From Octopus vulgaris (Eukaryota), in assembly GCA_951406725.2 (NCBI GenBank), contig OX597822.1, positions 74,338,001 to 74,402,000 of the forward strand: a stretch of 64,000 nt of DNA, given 5' to 3'. The position numbers were made by a program, and so were the translations under genes. Every line of letters begins with the position of its first letter. The first letter of the stretch is position 1. Positions 11,121 through 25,057 of the stretch are shown one piece after another. The notes under the pieces were generated by a model that made no database searches, had not been told where the DNA came from, and was given only the letters and a program-made list of their open reading frames with translations.

Positions 11121-12676
11121 GTCCCACTTTATCTGTTGTGCTTTCCTTCTGCGTCAAAAGTGCTGTTGCCAAATGAAGCTGACTGTCTGATCAATTGCGC
11201 CAAATAGTCTGCGCCCAAACAGCCGCGCCCAACTGTCTCATTGATCCCGAAAACACCATCGATCTGCCACTTAATTTCCTATAAAATGCATGGATTAAGG
11301 AATCACTGGCCTTATTGTCCGAGAGGTACACAACACTAAGTGCTTCACAATTTACCAAATGCCAGGCGCTCAATCTTGATGTTCAACGAGGACTGCACAG
11401 TTCTCTGCAAGAGACGAGCTGTATGAGACGCCTGACAAACGGCATACCGCTCCCTTTGTGCAGAAAGGTTTCTTAGCAGACTAACCTTCTGACCAGTGGA
11501 ACTTGTCTCTTCTATAAGAAGTGAAACATCAAACGTACCAATCTAACCAGTTGAAAATTGGGTCAATGTACGGTTGTCACGTGGGAGTTAATATGCGTGC
11601 GGCACCTCTGGCAGATAGCTCTAGTACTGAATACTGGCAGTCTTTTTTGGTTGAGATTGGCCCCCTTGCTCGTTGTCTTTTATCAATATCTATCCACTCA
11701 GAGATCTGACACCAGACTAGATTCCAATCATTTTAAATAAGACCTTTGATTCAGTGTCTAACGACACTGGGCAGTTTTCACTTACCTTTTCAAGTACCGA
11801 GTTGCAAGCCCACTTCCCATTCGATATCTATGGTAGCCATCACCACTTTGGTACCCCCAACGACAGCTTCCACAGCAATGGCTCAAGAGCCAAAATGGAC
11901 AAAATAGTTAAGAGAGGACGTTTCTGCTGAATCGAGTTTGTGATTCGAAACGGCTCGTCTAAGTACTTAGTCCAGACACCGAGCAGACGCTGTTATACAT
12001 TGAAACGATCGAACCGTTGAATCTATGGTTGAAACTGGTTGCACTGAATACAACCACCAGTTACCGGTACTCAACTTCATCGGAAACCGTATATTGATCA
12101 GAGATAAAAGCCACATCGAAGCCAGGTTTGTGATATACACACTATCTACGATGCATTGCATGAGGTGGAGATTGACGTTTTTCCGACCTGCAAGGAATCA
12201 CAAAGGTCTGTACGTGCCACATAATGTTACGTACGAAAGCGCCGTCTATCCGAGAGCATGTTAGTCAAACTCTAAGTGTCCGTGTTCAGCAATGTTACGG
12301 GTCGAAATTGTCAGTGATGGCTACTTTGTCCGCAACTTTTCTCAACAGCAAATGCAACTAACTGCCTTGTTAGCTGCTGGTTACATTACATGTCTGCCAA
12401 GAGAAGGACGAAGTCTAACATGTATCCATAAACCGCACATATATTCCCTACTATGTCCCACAAACTCCTAGATATGGCTTCGTTACTATGTCCCATTTCT
12501 ACCATCATTATTGAATGCTTTTCGCTCCCTCCTACACAAGTTCAGATAACGCATAATAATAATACTCATTTAATTCATAATGGTTCATACAGCAGAATAT
12601 ATATTTTATTTTGCCTATACCGCCTCGGAATACTCACACACACATTTATGTGTGTGTGTATCTATGTTTATGTATG

Positions 12677-12708
<32 letters not shown>

Positions 12709-13246
12709 TGTATGTATGTATGTATGTATGTATGTATGTATACATGAATGAATGTATGTATGCATGTATGTATGCATGTATGTATGTATGTTTGTGTATG
12801 TTTGTATGTATGCATGTATGTATGTATGTATGTATGTATGTATATATGAATGAATGTATGTATGCATGTATGTATGCATGTATGTATGTATGTTTGTGTA
12901 TGTATGTATGTATGTATATATGAATGAATGTATGTATGCATGTATGTATGCATGTAGGTATGTATGTTTGTGTATGTATGTATGTATGTATGTATGTATG
13001 TATGTATGTATGAATGAATGAATGAATGTATGTATGCATCTATGTATGCATGTAGGTAGTAGGTAGTAGGTAGGTAGGTAGGTAGGTATGTGTGTATGTA
13101 TGTATGCATGTATGTATGTATGTATGTTTGTGTATGTTTGTATGTATGTTGTCGAACTAACTAACTATTATGGATTAAATATTTATTCACTCTCAGACTT
13201 ACCTAAGTGGCCGGACATTGCTTCTTTGAACTTGTCACCCCCTGGA

Positions 13247-13260
13247 ATGATGATGACGAA

Positions 13261-13335
<75 letters not shown>

Positions 13336-13660
13336 GACGACGACGACAGTGGTGGTGGTGGTGGTGGTTTTGACGTCGGCGGTAGCGGCGGCGGTGGCGA
13401 TGGCAGCGGTGGCAGCGACGACGATGATGATGATGCGAGGAAGAAGAAGAAGAAGAAGAAGAAGAAGAAGAAGAAGAAGAAGAAGAAGAAGAAGAAGAAG
13501 AAGAAGAAGGGTGGTAGCGATGGCGATGGCGGTGGCGACGGCGGTGGCGACGGCGGTGGCGACGGCGGTGGCGACGGTGGTGGCGACAGCGGTGGCGACA
13601 GCGGTGGCGACAGCGGTGGTGGCGACGGCGGTGGTAACGACGGCAAAGGAGGCGAGTGAT
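13247..13660. repeat. Compound trinucleotide microsatellite (GAT)n/(GGT)n/(AAG)n/(GGTGGCGACGGC)n
   Basis: Seen directly; it explains the spurious ORFs in all frames. Confidence 0.9.
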
Positions 13661-13963
13661 GACGGCTTCTTTCACCAATTCTCTTAAACCTAAGTGAATC
13701 CCCATCAATTGTTTGATATTAGCTACTTTGGCAGAAATTTCATTGCCGCCAGGTCGCCGTTTCCGTTCTTCTGTTAGGCATCTGTTCTTCACACAAGATC
13801 ATTTACAGTTCCATATGCCTGTTTACATTGAAGATGTTCACAAAGCATTCAAGAAATGAAAAGTTCTTCAGACATCCTCTCTCTCTCTCTCTCTCTCTCT
13901 AGCATTCTCTCTATCTCATCCACTCTGTCTCTCTTTTTTCTATCTGTCAATCAGTCATTCAAT

Positions 13964-14065
<102 letters not shown>

Positions 14066-14427
14066 GCCTGTCTGTCTGTCTATCTGTCTATCTGTCTAAT
14101 AATGGGGTAGAAAGGGCTCCATAGCCGTAGTTAAGGCAATCTGTCTAGGGAGATAACCTTACAATAAATCACTGGGTCCGTAGCTTAGAAATACTGGGTT
14201 GACGTCCAGCGGGAACAGCTTTGTTTCATGGAGGAGGAAAGATCTTCTTTAGTACTTGGTTGTACAATGCTTTCCAATGTGTGTAGTAGTGGCGCGCGCA
14301 CACATTATTAGCCATTTGAAAAGACTATGAGTCTCGACCACGGTCGAACAATGATGATGATGATCTGTCTATCGATCTATCTAACGATCTATTTGTTTAT
14401 CTATCTGTCCGTTTGTCCATCTATCTG

Positions 14428-14494
<67 letters not shown>

Positions 14495-14836
14495 GTCTGT
14501 CTGTCTGTCTGTCAATCAATCTCTTTGTTTGTCTTTCTGTTCATTTGTCCATTTGTCTGTCTATCTATCTATCTATCTATTTATCTGTCTGTCTGTCTGT
14601 CTATCTGTCTATCGATCTATTTGTTTGACTCTCTGTCCGTTTGTCCATCTATCTGTCTGTCTATCTATCTATCTATATATATTTATCTGTCTATCTATCT
14701 ATTTATCTGTCTGTCTGTCTATCTATCTGTCTATCGATCTATTTGTTTGTCTCTCTGTCCGTTTGTCCATCTATCTGTCTATCTATCTATATATCTATCT
14801 AGCCATCTATTTATTTGTCTGTCTGTCCATCTATCT

Positions 14837-15708
14837 ATTTCAGGGCCCATGGACAACTTCCAGAGATCCCTGGCGTTGCAGTGGTACCGAGAAGCGCTAC
14901 TCGTTCGGGATAAGCTCTACAGACACGGCTCGAGAAACACGAGGCCGACCTGCTCGAGATGCGGTCAGAGCGACGAAACCGTTCTGCACGCACTCGTGCA
15001 GTGTCCAACAATTTCGACCTGTGGGCTAATGTCGAACAACTGCTGTCACGTGTGGGGCGAGTCGGTTTATCAGCCGAGTCTATCATCAATATTGTCACGC
15101 CTCATTCCTTCAAACGGGAAGGAAGAGCTATTTTCATTATTCTTGTGGCTATGGTGAAAGAATGTATCTGGTGGATGCGTCTGAAAGGATTGGAGACAAA
15201 CACTTTCCTCTCTGGTCAATCTCTCATCAACTTCTTCAAGTATCACTTGAAAAGGAAAGTGTGAGTAGAGAGGCAAGTTTTGTCTAGTGGATGTTTCAAA
15301 AAAAAGATGGGTGAATGTAGCAAGGATGGCACGTATGAATGACGAAGCTACCTTGAGCATAATCCTATGAACGTGGAAAAATTTAAAACAGAGGGTTACC
15401 TGCTTGCAAACAAATGTGGTAACATGTAACATTATTGACCGAGGTTACCATGGTCTTTTCCGTAGGCTTTTCTTTCCACGGATAAACCTTATCTGCTTCC
15501 CCCTTTACACTTTACATCATGGCATTTCTGTGATACACGATCCCTATTGATCGTTTTTTCTTCTTTTTTTCTTTCCCATTTTTTCTTTCCCTTTTACGAT
15601 CCTTTTTGGTCGAAAACCTACCCCACTTTTTTTTCTCCCCCAAAAGAAAAGCTCTACTTTGTAATCTGTCCCGTCTGTGTGCAGCCCTGTACGGCTAATA
15701 AAGAAACA
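14837..15708 (+). mobile_element. 5'-truncated Tx1/L1-group LINE 3' end (zf-RVT region + 3' UTR)
   Basis: Frameshifted peptide PTCSRCGQSDETVLHALVQCPT..LWANVEQLL...KECIWWMR (CCHC knuckle). A T-rich 3' UTR ends AATAAAGAAA, and the element is embedded in (TCTA/TCTG)n. Confidence 0.75.
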
Positions 15709-16807
15709 TATCTATCTATTTGTCTGTCTGTCTCTCTGCCTGTCTGTCTGTTTCTATAGCTGTCTATCACTGTCTGCTAGCTAGCTATCAATACAGTATA
15801 CTCTCTAACCGTTTCCTTCTTTCTGTTCATTTTCCTTCGCTCGCGCGTGTGTATACGTGAGTATTATGTATGTACTATGTATGTGTGCATGTGTGGAGAC
15901 TCTCCCAAACACATACACACACAGTGAAAATAATAAGTATTACAATAAAACCATGTTCCAGCCAAACCATGTTCCAACAAAAAGGAACTCAAGAACTTTG
16001 CATACATACATACATACATACATACATACATACATACATACATACATACATACATACATACATACATACATACATACATAGGAAACATTAGGTTTCTCAA
16101 AACCAGAGAAGAGAAAGCTAATTCGAAGGCTACAGACCCAATCCGTTACTGAAACTGTAGAAGTCTATAAAACTTTCCAGAAGTTTATCATTCTAATATA
16201 TATGAGCATGTCGAGATATGCAGGTATATGCATGAGAACACATACATAAAGCATTCAAATCTGCACAAACATGCATACATACATACAATGCTGCACGTGC
16301 ACTGACTCCAAATACTGCACATATACACACATACATGCATAAATACCCAGTTGTTGATGTTGACATTCCAATGAAGGAACCTTGGATCTAGGTTAGAAAC
16401 CGGCTCCTTCTCTATTGGCAAGAAATTTTTAAATAAAACTGAATAATGACATAATAATGACATACATACATAAATGCATACATACGTACATACATACATA
16501 CGCATGCATACATACATACATACATACATGCACAAATGCATACAAACAGACATGCATGAGCACACACTGACCAGCCCACATTTTAATGTAGAATTTGTTT
16601 CAGTCACGTGAACGAAGTCAAAAGTAAAATGGCGGAGCAAGATCAGCAAATATTTCACAGTGAAACAAAATCATAATATAAAAGGTGATAGAAATCCACA
16701 CGTGTTAGTCAGGAACACGTTAATTCGTATTCAAGCTAGGCAAATCTATATGAAAGTGTCCTGCAGCATATTTAATGATTCCAAAGCTTGATCAAGACAC
16801 TTTATAC

Positions 16808-17187
16808 GTGGAGGCGCAATGGTCCAGTGGTTAGGGCAGCGGTCTCGCGGTCGTAGGAATCGCAGTTTCGATTCCGAGACCGGGCGTTGTGAGTGTTTAT
16901 TGAGCGAAAACACCTAAAGCTCCACGAGGCTCCGGCAGGGATGGTGGCGATCCCTGCTGTACTCTTTCACCACAACTTTCTCTCACTCTTACTTCCTGTT
17001 TCTGTTGTACCTGTATTTCAAAGGGCCGGCCTTGTCACTCTCTGTGTCACGCTGAATATCCCCGAGAACTACGTTAAGGGTACACGTGTCTGTGGAGTGC
17101 TCAGCCACTTACACGTTAATTTCACGAGCAGGCTGTTCCGTTGATCGGATCAACCGGAACCCTCATCGTCGTAACCGACGGAGTGCT
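16808..17187 (+). mobile_element. SINE family C (head C1), full length; a partial copy follows at 17200-17437
   Basis: A-box TGGTCCAGTGG, B-box GTTTCGATTCC, and tail GTGGAGTGCTCAGCCACTT...GTAACCGACGGAGTGC shared with other copies. Confidence 0.85.
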
Positions 17188-17734
17188 TCCATCACCATCA
17201 AGACACTTTATTTCACTTTGCTCCAACTGACTCAACTGACAAAAATGAGTTGTACCTGTAATTCAAAAGGGGCCAGCCTCCTTATCACACTGTGTCACAT
17301 TGATTCTCCTTGAGATCTACTGTTAAGCGTACGCGTGTCGGTTGAGTGCTCAGCCAATTACACGTTTGTTTCACGACCACGCTCTTCCGTTGATCGGATC
17401 AAATGGAACCCTCGTCGTCGTAACCGACGTAGTGCCAGTTGAGCTTATACATTATATGAAACAGTTCGAGTCTGCACTTAGGCTGGTAACACACATAACT
17501 GTTATAAAAGAAGCTGGTCCGTCTACAGCCAGTAAGTTTATTAGGACGTCGCTTGATGTGTTTTAAGCGACTGAGAATACAAGACAAAACTTCAGACGGA
17601 ACACCAATTGTTTGCAAAGTTACTCCCCCGCCCCACTTACTACTGGTACTTATTTTCAGCTAACTGGAACCCTCATCGTCCTAACTGACGGAATGTCAGT
17701 TAACCAACATACGTCATTGCAACCACTCTCGTGG

Positions 17735-18088
17735 CAATTCGTCGGTTGCGACGACAAGAGTTCCAGTTGATCAGATTATCGGAACAGCCTGCTCGTGAAA
17801 TTAAAGTGCAAGTGGCTGAGCATTCCACAGACGCGTGTACCCTTAACATAGTTCTCGGGGAGATTCCGCGTGACAGATTGTGTGACAAAGGTGGCCCTTT
17901 GAAATACAGGTACAACAGAAAGATTGAGAGGAGGTTGTAGTGAAGGAGTACAGCAGGGTTCGCCACCACCCCCCGCCGGAGCCTCGTGGAGCTTTAATTA
18001 TTTTCGCTCAATAAAAACTCTGGGAATCGAAACCGCGATCCTACGACCGCGAGTCCGCAGCCCCAACCACTGGGCCATTGCGCCTCCA
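17735..18088 (-). mobile_element. SINE family C (head C1), inverted relative to 16808-17187
   Basis: Reverse complement match over both head and tail. Confidence 0.85.
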
Positions 18089-18527
18089 CACAACCACTCT
18101 ACCTCACCGAGATATACCAGTACTATATGACACCACCAACCAGCTAACCAACTGACAAACATCATCAATACATGTTAACCTTTGACTAATACAGAATATT
18201 ATCTTCAATGTTAAGGATCACAACTGGGCCCGGCACTCGTTGTTACGTCACCTCTTACATAATCTACACTTAACTATTCTTTGTTGTTTTGCGTTCTTGC
18301 ATTTCTACTTCCAGTTGACTCTCCCATAAGCCTTGAGTTCTTCACCCGAAGTACTTGATACATTCTGTCAGATCTGTTTGGAATTTTTCTTTATATACAA
18401 ACATACACATACGCACACCACATGTATAAAACATATATATATGTACACACATTGATACACGTGAATGTTCGTGCATGCATATACGTATGTATATGTAGAC
18501 GCACACTGACCCATGTATGCATGTGTG

Positions 18528-18597
<70 letters not shown>

Positions 18598-18885
18598 CAT
18601 ATACATACATGCATATGCATACAAATACATTTACACACATGCATATACATACAAATACATATACACACACACATATACATATATATACATATATACATAT
18701 GGGTCTGTGTGTGCATGCATGTATTCATATGTATGTTTCTCCGGGGGTTTTTATATACATGTATATGTAGCTGTATACACTCACAGGCAGACACACACAT
18801 AACTATATATACACGCATACTTGCATATATAAGATATATAGTACATTCATCATATAACTCATACTAAAAGACATATGTGTACGTG

Positions 18886-19016
18886 TTGCTTACCAACCAC
18901 ATGGTTCTGGGTTCAGTCCCACTGCGTGGTACCTCGGGCAAATGTCTTCTACTATAGCCTCGGGCCAACCAAAGCCTTGTGAGTGGATTTGGTAGATGGA
19001 AACTGAAAGAAGCCCG

Positions 19017-19065
<49 letters not shown>

Positions 19066-19097
19066 CATACATATCTGAAAGAAACTCGTCATAAATT

Positions 19098-19137
<40 letters not shown>

Positions 19138-19834
19138 TAATAATTTGTAATTTTACTAAGTAGTCAGTACACTTAAAAAAACCTTTTAGGTGGATTATAC
19201 AAAATATTCTATAATTATCTCTTTACTCTTTTACTTGCTTCAGTCATTTGACTGCGGCCATGCTGGAGCACCGCCTTTAATCGAGCAACTCGACGCCGGG
19301 ACTTATTCTTTTGTAAGCCCAGTACGTATTCTATCGGTCTCTTTTGCCGAACCGCTAAGTAACGGGGACATAAACACACCAGCATCGGTTGTCAAGCAAT
19401 GCTAGGGGGACAAACAGACACGCAAACACACACACGCGTATATATATATATATATATATACGACGGGCTTCTTTTCAGTTTCCGTCTACCAAATCCACTC
19501 ACAAGACTTTGGTCGGCCCGAGGCTATAGTAGAAAACACTTGCCCAAAGTGCCACGCAGTGGGACTGAACCCGGAACCATGTGGTTGGTAAACAAGCTAC
19601 TTACCACACAGCCACATATATGCATGCATGTTTGTTTGTCAGTTTTTGTCCCCCACCCCACCATCGCTTGAATGCCGATGCTGGTGTGTTTACATCCCCG
19701 TAAGGCAGCGGTTCGGCAAAAGAAAACGATAGACTAAGTACCACGCTTGCAAAGAATAAGTCCTGGGGTCGATTCGTTCGACTAAAGGTGGCGCTCCAGC
19801 ATGGCCGCAGTCAAATGACTGAAACAAGTAAAAG

Positions 19835-19835
<1 letters not shown>
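18886..19835. mobile_element. Cluster of SINE B pieces: head + (18886-19017), full copy - (19213-19614), tail + (19630-19835)
   Basis: Sequence identity to the 5832-6237 copy in alternating orientation. Confidence 0.85.
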
Positions 19836-19878
<43 letters not shown>

Positions 19879-19881
<3 letters not shown>

Positions 19882-20099
19882 CTGGCAGAAACGTTAGAAT
19901 GCCGGGCGAAATGCGTAGCCATATTTCGTCTGACGTTACGTTCCAAGTTCAAATTCCGCCGAGGTCGACTTTGCCTTTCATCCTTTAGGGGTCGATAAAT
20001 TAAGTACCAGTTACGCACTGGGGTCGATGTAATCGACTTAATCCCTTTGTCTGTCCTTTGTTTGTCCCCTCTATGTTTAGCCCCTTCTGGGTAGTAAAG

Positions 20100-20103
<4 letters not shown>
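19879..20103 (+). mobile_element. SINE family A, near full length
   Basis: GAGCTGGCAGAAACGTTAG...AAGTTCAAATTCC...GCCTTTCATCCTTTAGGGGTCGATAAATTAAGTACCAG...GGTAGTAAAGAAATA. The central segment resembles a conserved SINE domain (Meta-like; family name unverified). Confidence 0.85.
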
Positions 20104-20154
<51 letters not shown>

Positions 20155-20996
20155 CATATACGTATGAGTTTGTGTCCGTCTGTGTACTTCTATATGTATG
20201 TATGAATGGCGTATATATTATGTGTGTATACATGAGCGTTTACATTTATGTATGTATGTACTGATGTATACGTTCGTTTGTTTGTTTGTTTGTTTGTTTT
20301 TGGTTTTGTTGTTTTGTCATTTACTTATGGCGTATATATTTTTCCTCCTGACCTTTACAGAGAAGCTTCTTCGCGGCCTACATATGCCATTTCTACCTAC
20401 CTTGACTCTCTATCCACCAACTAGCGGGTATTGTTGTGATTGTTGCTACTGTTGTTGTTGCCATTGTTGTTGTTATTGTTGTTGTTGTTGTTGAATCTGG
20501 GTTAACCAGCCAGTACGGCAGTTTATTGTTGAGTCGAAGCTTTTTTTTTTTTTTTTTTATTTCTTCTCTTCACTTGCACTCGCTCGCCTTCTCACTAGCC
20601 AACCCGCCTCGGTACAGCAGTACACCGCTCATTACGTCTTTCCTTAATCTCTTGTTTTAAATTGTTCATCTATTCCCTCATCCTTACACTCTCCTCACCC
20701 TCCACCTCTTCCTTTCTCTCTCTCTCTCTCTCTCCTCATCTCCTTCTCTCTTTCTCCTCTCTTTCTATCTGTCTCCCTAACGTCTGTCTCTATCGCTCCA
20801 TCCTTTTATAAATAATATCCTATAGTATTTAGTTAATTATTCAATTATTTATGCAGCCTGTTCTTCCGATAGAATACATCTCGTCCATGGCTTTGTTTGG
20901 TAGAGTTGCTTTCATTTTTTTTTGTTTTCCCATTTTGTCTATTTCTACTTATTTCCTTTCTTTTTATTTCCTTTCTTTTTATTATTATTATTATTA

Positions 20997-21076
<80 letters not shown>

Positions 21077-21407
21077 GTTGTTGTTGTTGTTTCTGTTTTC
21101 TGCTTCTTCGTTTTCTTTCTTTCTGTCTGACTTACTACCATCATTTTTCTCTTTCTTTACTCTTTCATTTTTCCGTCTCTAACTTTCTTTCTTTTTTTTT
21201 TCCTAACAGTCTTTCGAACTTCCTTATCTTTTTCTTCTTTCTTTCTTTCTTACTTTCTTTCATTCAAATTCTCTTTCGCTCCATCTTTCATTCTATTTAA
21301 CTTTCTCTTTGTCTCAAACATCTTTTCTTTCGTTCATGCATTGTCTTTCTGTCATTTTCCCTCCTTTCTTCCTTTCATTCTTTCCTTCGTTCATTGGTTC
21401 ATTTCAT

Positions 21408-21517
<110 letters not shown>

Positions 21518-23179
21518 CTGAAACATTTTTCTTAAGTTCATTCATTGACCTTCCTTCATTTTATTTCACTCTCTTCCTTTCAATAATTCTGCTTAGATGT
21601 CTCTCTCTTTCTTTCTCTCTTTCTCTCTCTTTTCTCTCTCTCTCTTTCTCTCTGTCTCTCTCTTTCTCTCTCTTTCTCTCTCTTTCTCTCTTTCTCTCTA
21701 ATATCTTTCTTTGTCCGTTCGCTCTTTCTTTTCTTCATTCTATTTCACTCTTTCCTTCTCACTGACTTTCTTTCTCTTAATTTTCTTTTCTTTTCTTTAT
21801 GCATTCTTCCACACTTTCTTTTTAAATCCCATTCCAACTTTCTTTCATTCCCTCAATCTTCTTCTCTTTCATGCTTTCAAACCTCCTTTTTGCTCTTCCA
21901 CTCTTTCCGTCTTCCTGTCTATCTCCTATCTATCTTCTATCCTTCTTCTGTCTATCTCCTATCTACCTTCTATCCTTCTTCTGTCTATCTTCTGTCTGCC
22001 TATCTATATTCCATATTCCCCCACTTCCACATTTTACATGAGTGTTTTATATATGACTTCGTTACTATGTTTATTTACCCATCAAATTCAGGATCTGCCC
22101 ATAATAAACTCGTATATTCAAACTGAAGATGGTTCAAATTTATTAAATGCTGAATCAGATTGAATCCTACTGATTATCATTTTTTTCTTTTCCTTTTTCT
22201 TTTATTTTATTATTCTTTTTGTACGAGCTCTCTCTCTCTTTTCTCAATCTCTCACTTATTCTTGTTCTTTCTTTCTCTCTTTCCCCGCTCACTTCTTTTC
22301 TCTTTATCTTTATCTCTTCTCTCTTTTCTTTTCTCTTTGTCTCTTTCTTTTCCTTTCCTTTGTTCTGCTCTTTCATTTTCCTTTATCTCTTTTCTTTCTT
22401 TTTTCCTTTCTCCTTCTTTTCTCTCTCACTCTCTCTCTCTCTCTCTCTCTCTTTATCTGATCACATCATCTCTCTCTTTTTCTCTCTGTCAGCCTGTCTC
22501 TCTCTCTTTCTCTCTCTCCCACATTTCATTCTCTCCCACTTTTCTCTCTCTCTCTCTTCTTTTCCCAGATCACATCATCTCTCTCTCTTTCTCTCTTTTC
22601 TTTTTCTTTCTCACACACTCTCTCTCTCTCTCTCTTTCTCTATCCTTGTCTATCTATCTCTCTCTCTTTCTCTCTCATTCTGACCCTATCTCTCTCTCTC
22701 TCTCAGTCACTCTCATTCTCTCTCTCTCTCACTCTCTCTTTCTCTGTCCCTCTCTCATTCTCTTACTCTCTTTGTCCCTGTCTCTGTCTGTCCCTCTCTC
22801 ATTCTCTCTCTCATGCTGTTTCTTTCTCTCACTCTCTCTCTCTCTCATTCTGTCTCTCACTCCCTCATTCTCTCCCTCTCCCTGCCTCTCTCCCTCCCTC
22901 TCTCTCCATCTCTTCCTCTCTCTTTGTTTCTTTCTGCATCGATTGTTCGTCCTTCAAAGGCCCGCTTTGTTTGCCTTACCATCAATCCCCTTTCTCAGTC
23001 TTTTGTCTCCTTACACCAAACTGTCACTCTCACTGTCAGACGCTTGTTGCATATCAAACAACAACAACAACAACAACAACAAAAGCAAAGAACAGCGGTT
23101 AAAAGCATAACGCAGCTGGTTTTAATATCCAATCAGTTCTTCTTACTGTTGATGTCGATGATGTTGTCACTGTCATTTG

Positions 23180-23720
23180 TGTGGTGGTAGTGGTGGTGGT
23201 CGTCGTCGTGGTAGTGGTGGTGGTCGTTGTCGTCCTCATCATGGAGGCGACGGTGGTGGTGGTAGTGGTCGTCGTCATCGTGGAGACAACGGTGGTGGTA
23301 GTGGTGGTAGTGGTGGTGGTCGTCGTCGTCGTCATCGTGGAGGCGACGCTGGTGGGGGTGGGGGTGGGGGTGGTCGTCGTCGTCGTCATCGTGGTGTTGA
23401 TGGCGGCAGTGGTAGCGGTGGTCGTCGTCGTCGTCCTCATCATGGAGGCGACGGTGGTGGTGGTAGTGGTCGTCGTCATCGTGGAGACAACGGTGGGGGT
23501 TGTGGTGGTGGTGGTGGTGGTGATGGTCGTCGTGGTGGTGGTGGTAGTGGTCGTCGTCATCGTGGAGGCGACGCTGGTGGTGGTGGTGGTCGTCGTCGTC
23601 GTCATCGTGGAGGTGATGGCGGCAGTGGTAGTGGTGGCGGTGGTGGTGGTGGTGGTGGTGGTGGTGGTGGAAGAGGCGGAAAAGGCAGTGGTGCAGGTTA
23701 AGGAGATGGTGGTGGTGATG
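23180..23720. repeat. (GTG/GTC)n trinucleotide array with a ~200-bp internal duplication
   Basis: CCTCATCATGGAGGCGACGG...GGAGACAACGG occurs near 23234 and 23435. Confidence 0.8.
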
Positions 23721-24602
23721 TCTTTCTTTGCGGGATACATTTTATGTTATTTTGTTTGTTTCTGCTGTTTGTTTGTTGTTTTTTTTTTGCTTTTTTTTTT
23801 TCAAGCTTTACGAAAGATAAAGAATTTCGTTATCTTTGACATCCTGATAAAATCTAAAATACTTCTTTAATTTTTTTCCCTTTGGCAAGTAAAGATGCAT
23901 TAGTCTCAATTAAACCGCACGAGCCTTTAATTTAATTTTTTGCATTTGTTTACAAGAGATATGATATATAATAAATTAGCAAAGTTGTCTGCACCGAATA
24001 TATTTTTATCAAAAATGCTTCTAAACTACCCCAGGTACCCTACAAGAGTTTCAAAAGAACCCAGCCTCAGACTTAGATATAAGACTTACTCTCTTACTTT
24101 GTTTCGTTGCAGAATGGGTCTCTAAGATGCATGCTGTGTGCAAATGTGCAAATGTGCAAATACGGATATTTACAATGTCATAGATTACAATGTCCGTTCA
24201 GCTTTAAGTAAATAAGTATTTTACTCTGAATTATGTCAGTTGTAACAGCTTCCGTCAGTGTCAAGATCTTTTGACCAAGATAGAAATACAGAAGAGTCAG
24301 GTTGGATTCTATTCTTCCTCAAGGACAAAATTCCAGAAGTAAAAACAGCGGAGTAACCAAGAATAAATACTTATAAAACTTATATATATACACACACAGG
24401 CACATACACACACACACAGTAGATTCTACTAGAGTAGATGCAAGCGCTAGCATATGATTTATAAAAACATGTGACATATTAATAAAAATCTGCAAATGTA
24501 AAATCATCCAGATTTCTGAGTACCTTATTTTTTCTAATATATAATACCTGTACATCACCTCCAAACCGTCTAATATATACATACATACATACATATACAT
24601 AT

Positions 24603-24652
<50 letters not shown>

Positions 24653-24802
24653 TCCATATAAATTAGTGTACATTGAAGCACAAAAGAAGCGACCTTTAAC
24701 AGGCAGTCTTGCACGTTAGAAGGAGCAGTCAAAACAACCAAAACCACATTTAAGAGCAATTTCGAAGGGAATGGTAAATAAAATCTTTTATCTTGTTTTT
24801 TA

Positions 24803-24875
24803 CAGCCATACCTAGGTTTCAAACTCTAACTAGCAAATAAAATAATTTGCTAGGCGAAGTTCTCATCAGTGGCTA
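24803..24875 (-). ncRNA. Type I hammerhead ribozyme
   Basis: Minus strand: TAGCCA-CTGATGA-GAACT...CTAGCAAAT/ATTTGCTAG...AGTTT-GAAA-CCTAGGTA-TGGCTG. Stem III is the palindrome ACCTAGGT, with GTA cleavage between 24809 and 24808. The 10.1-11.1 pair is G-U instead of G-C. Confidence 0.8.
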
Positions 24876-25057
24876 CGCCAAAACATTAACATATAATTTA
24901 GAGACAGAATAACACGTGTTTCATCATTATATATTATAATTTTTCAAATTCACCGCGCAAGCGCATTGATTTAATTACTTTAAATTTGATTGATTTTATA
25001 CTATAAGCGATGACCTGAAACAATTGTAGGTCTTGCCAATGTATTATTCTTTTTTCT

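Noticed and set aside
10780-11250. Possible MITE with GCGCCAAA-type subterminal inverted repeats
   Set aside because: The inverted similarity is short and degenerate, with no clear TSD or second copy.
11250-12600. Complex GC-balanced segment that could be a decayed LINE or an exon
   Set aside because: I could not recover a recognisable peptide motif in any frame; it needs BLASTX.
13088-13792. Gly/Asp/Lys-rich ORFs (also 23099-23870 and 60812-61786)
   Set aside because: Trinucleotide arrays are open in several frames on both strands, with no splice or domain evidence.
16366-16410. CCAATGAAG...stem...AGAAAC motif, also at 63508-63558
   Set aside because: It is hammerhead-shaped, but the CUGA core is broken and stem I is unconvincing; at most a decayed remnant.
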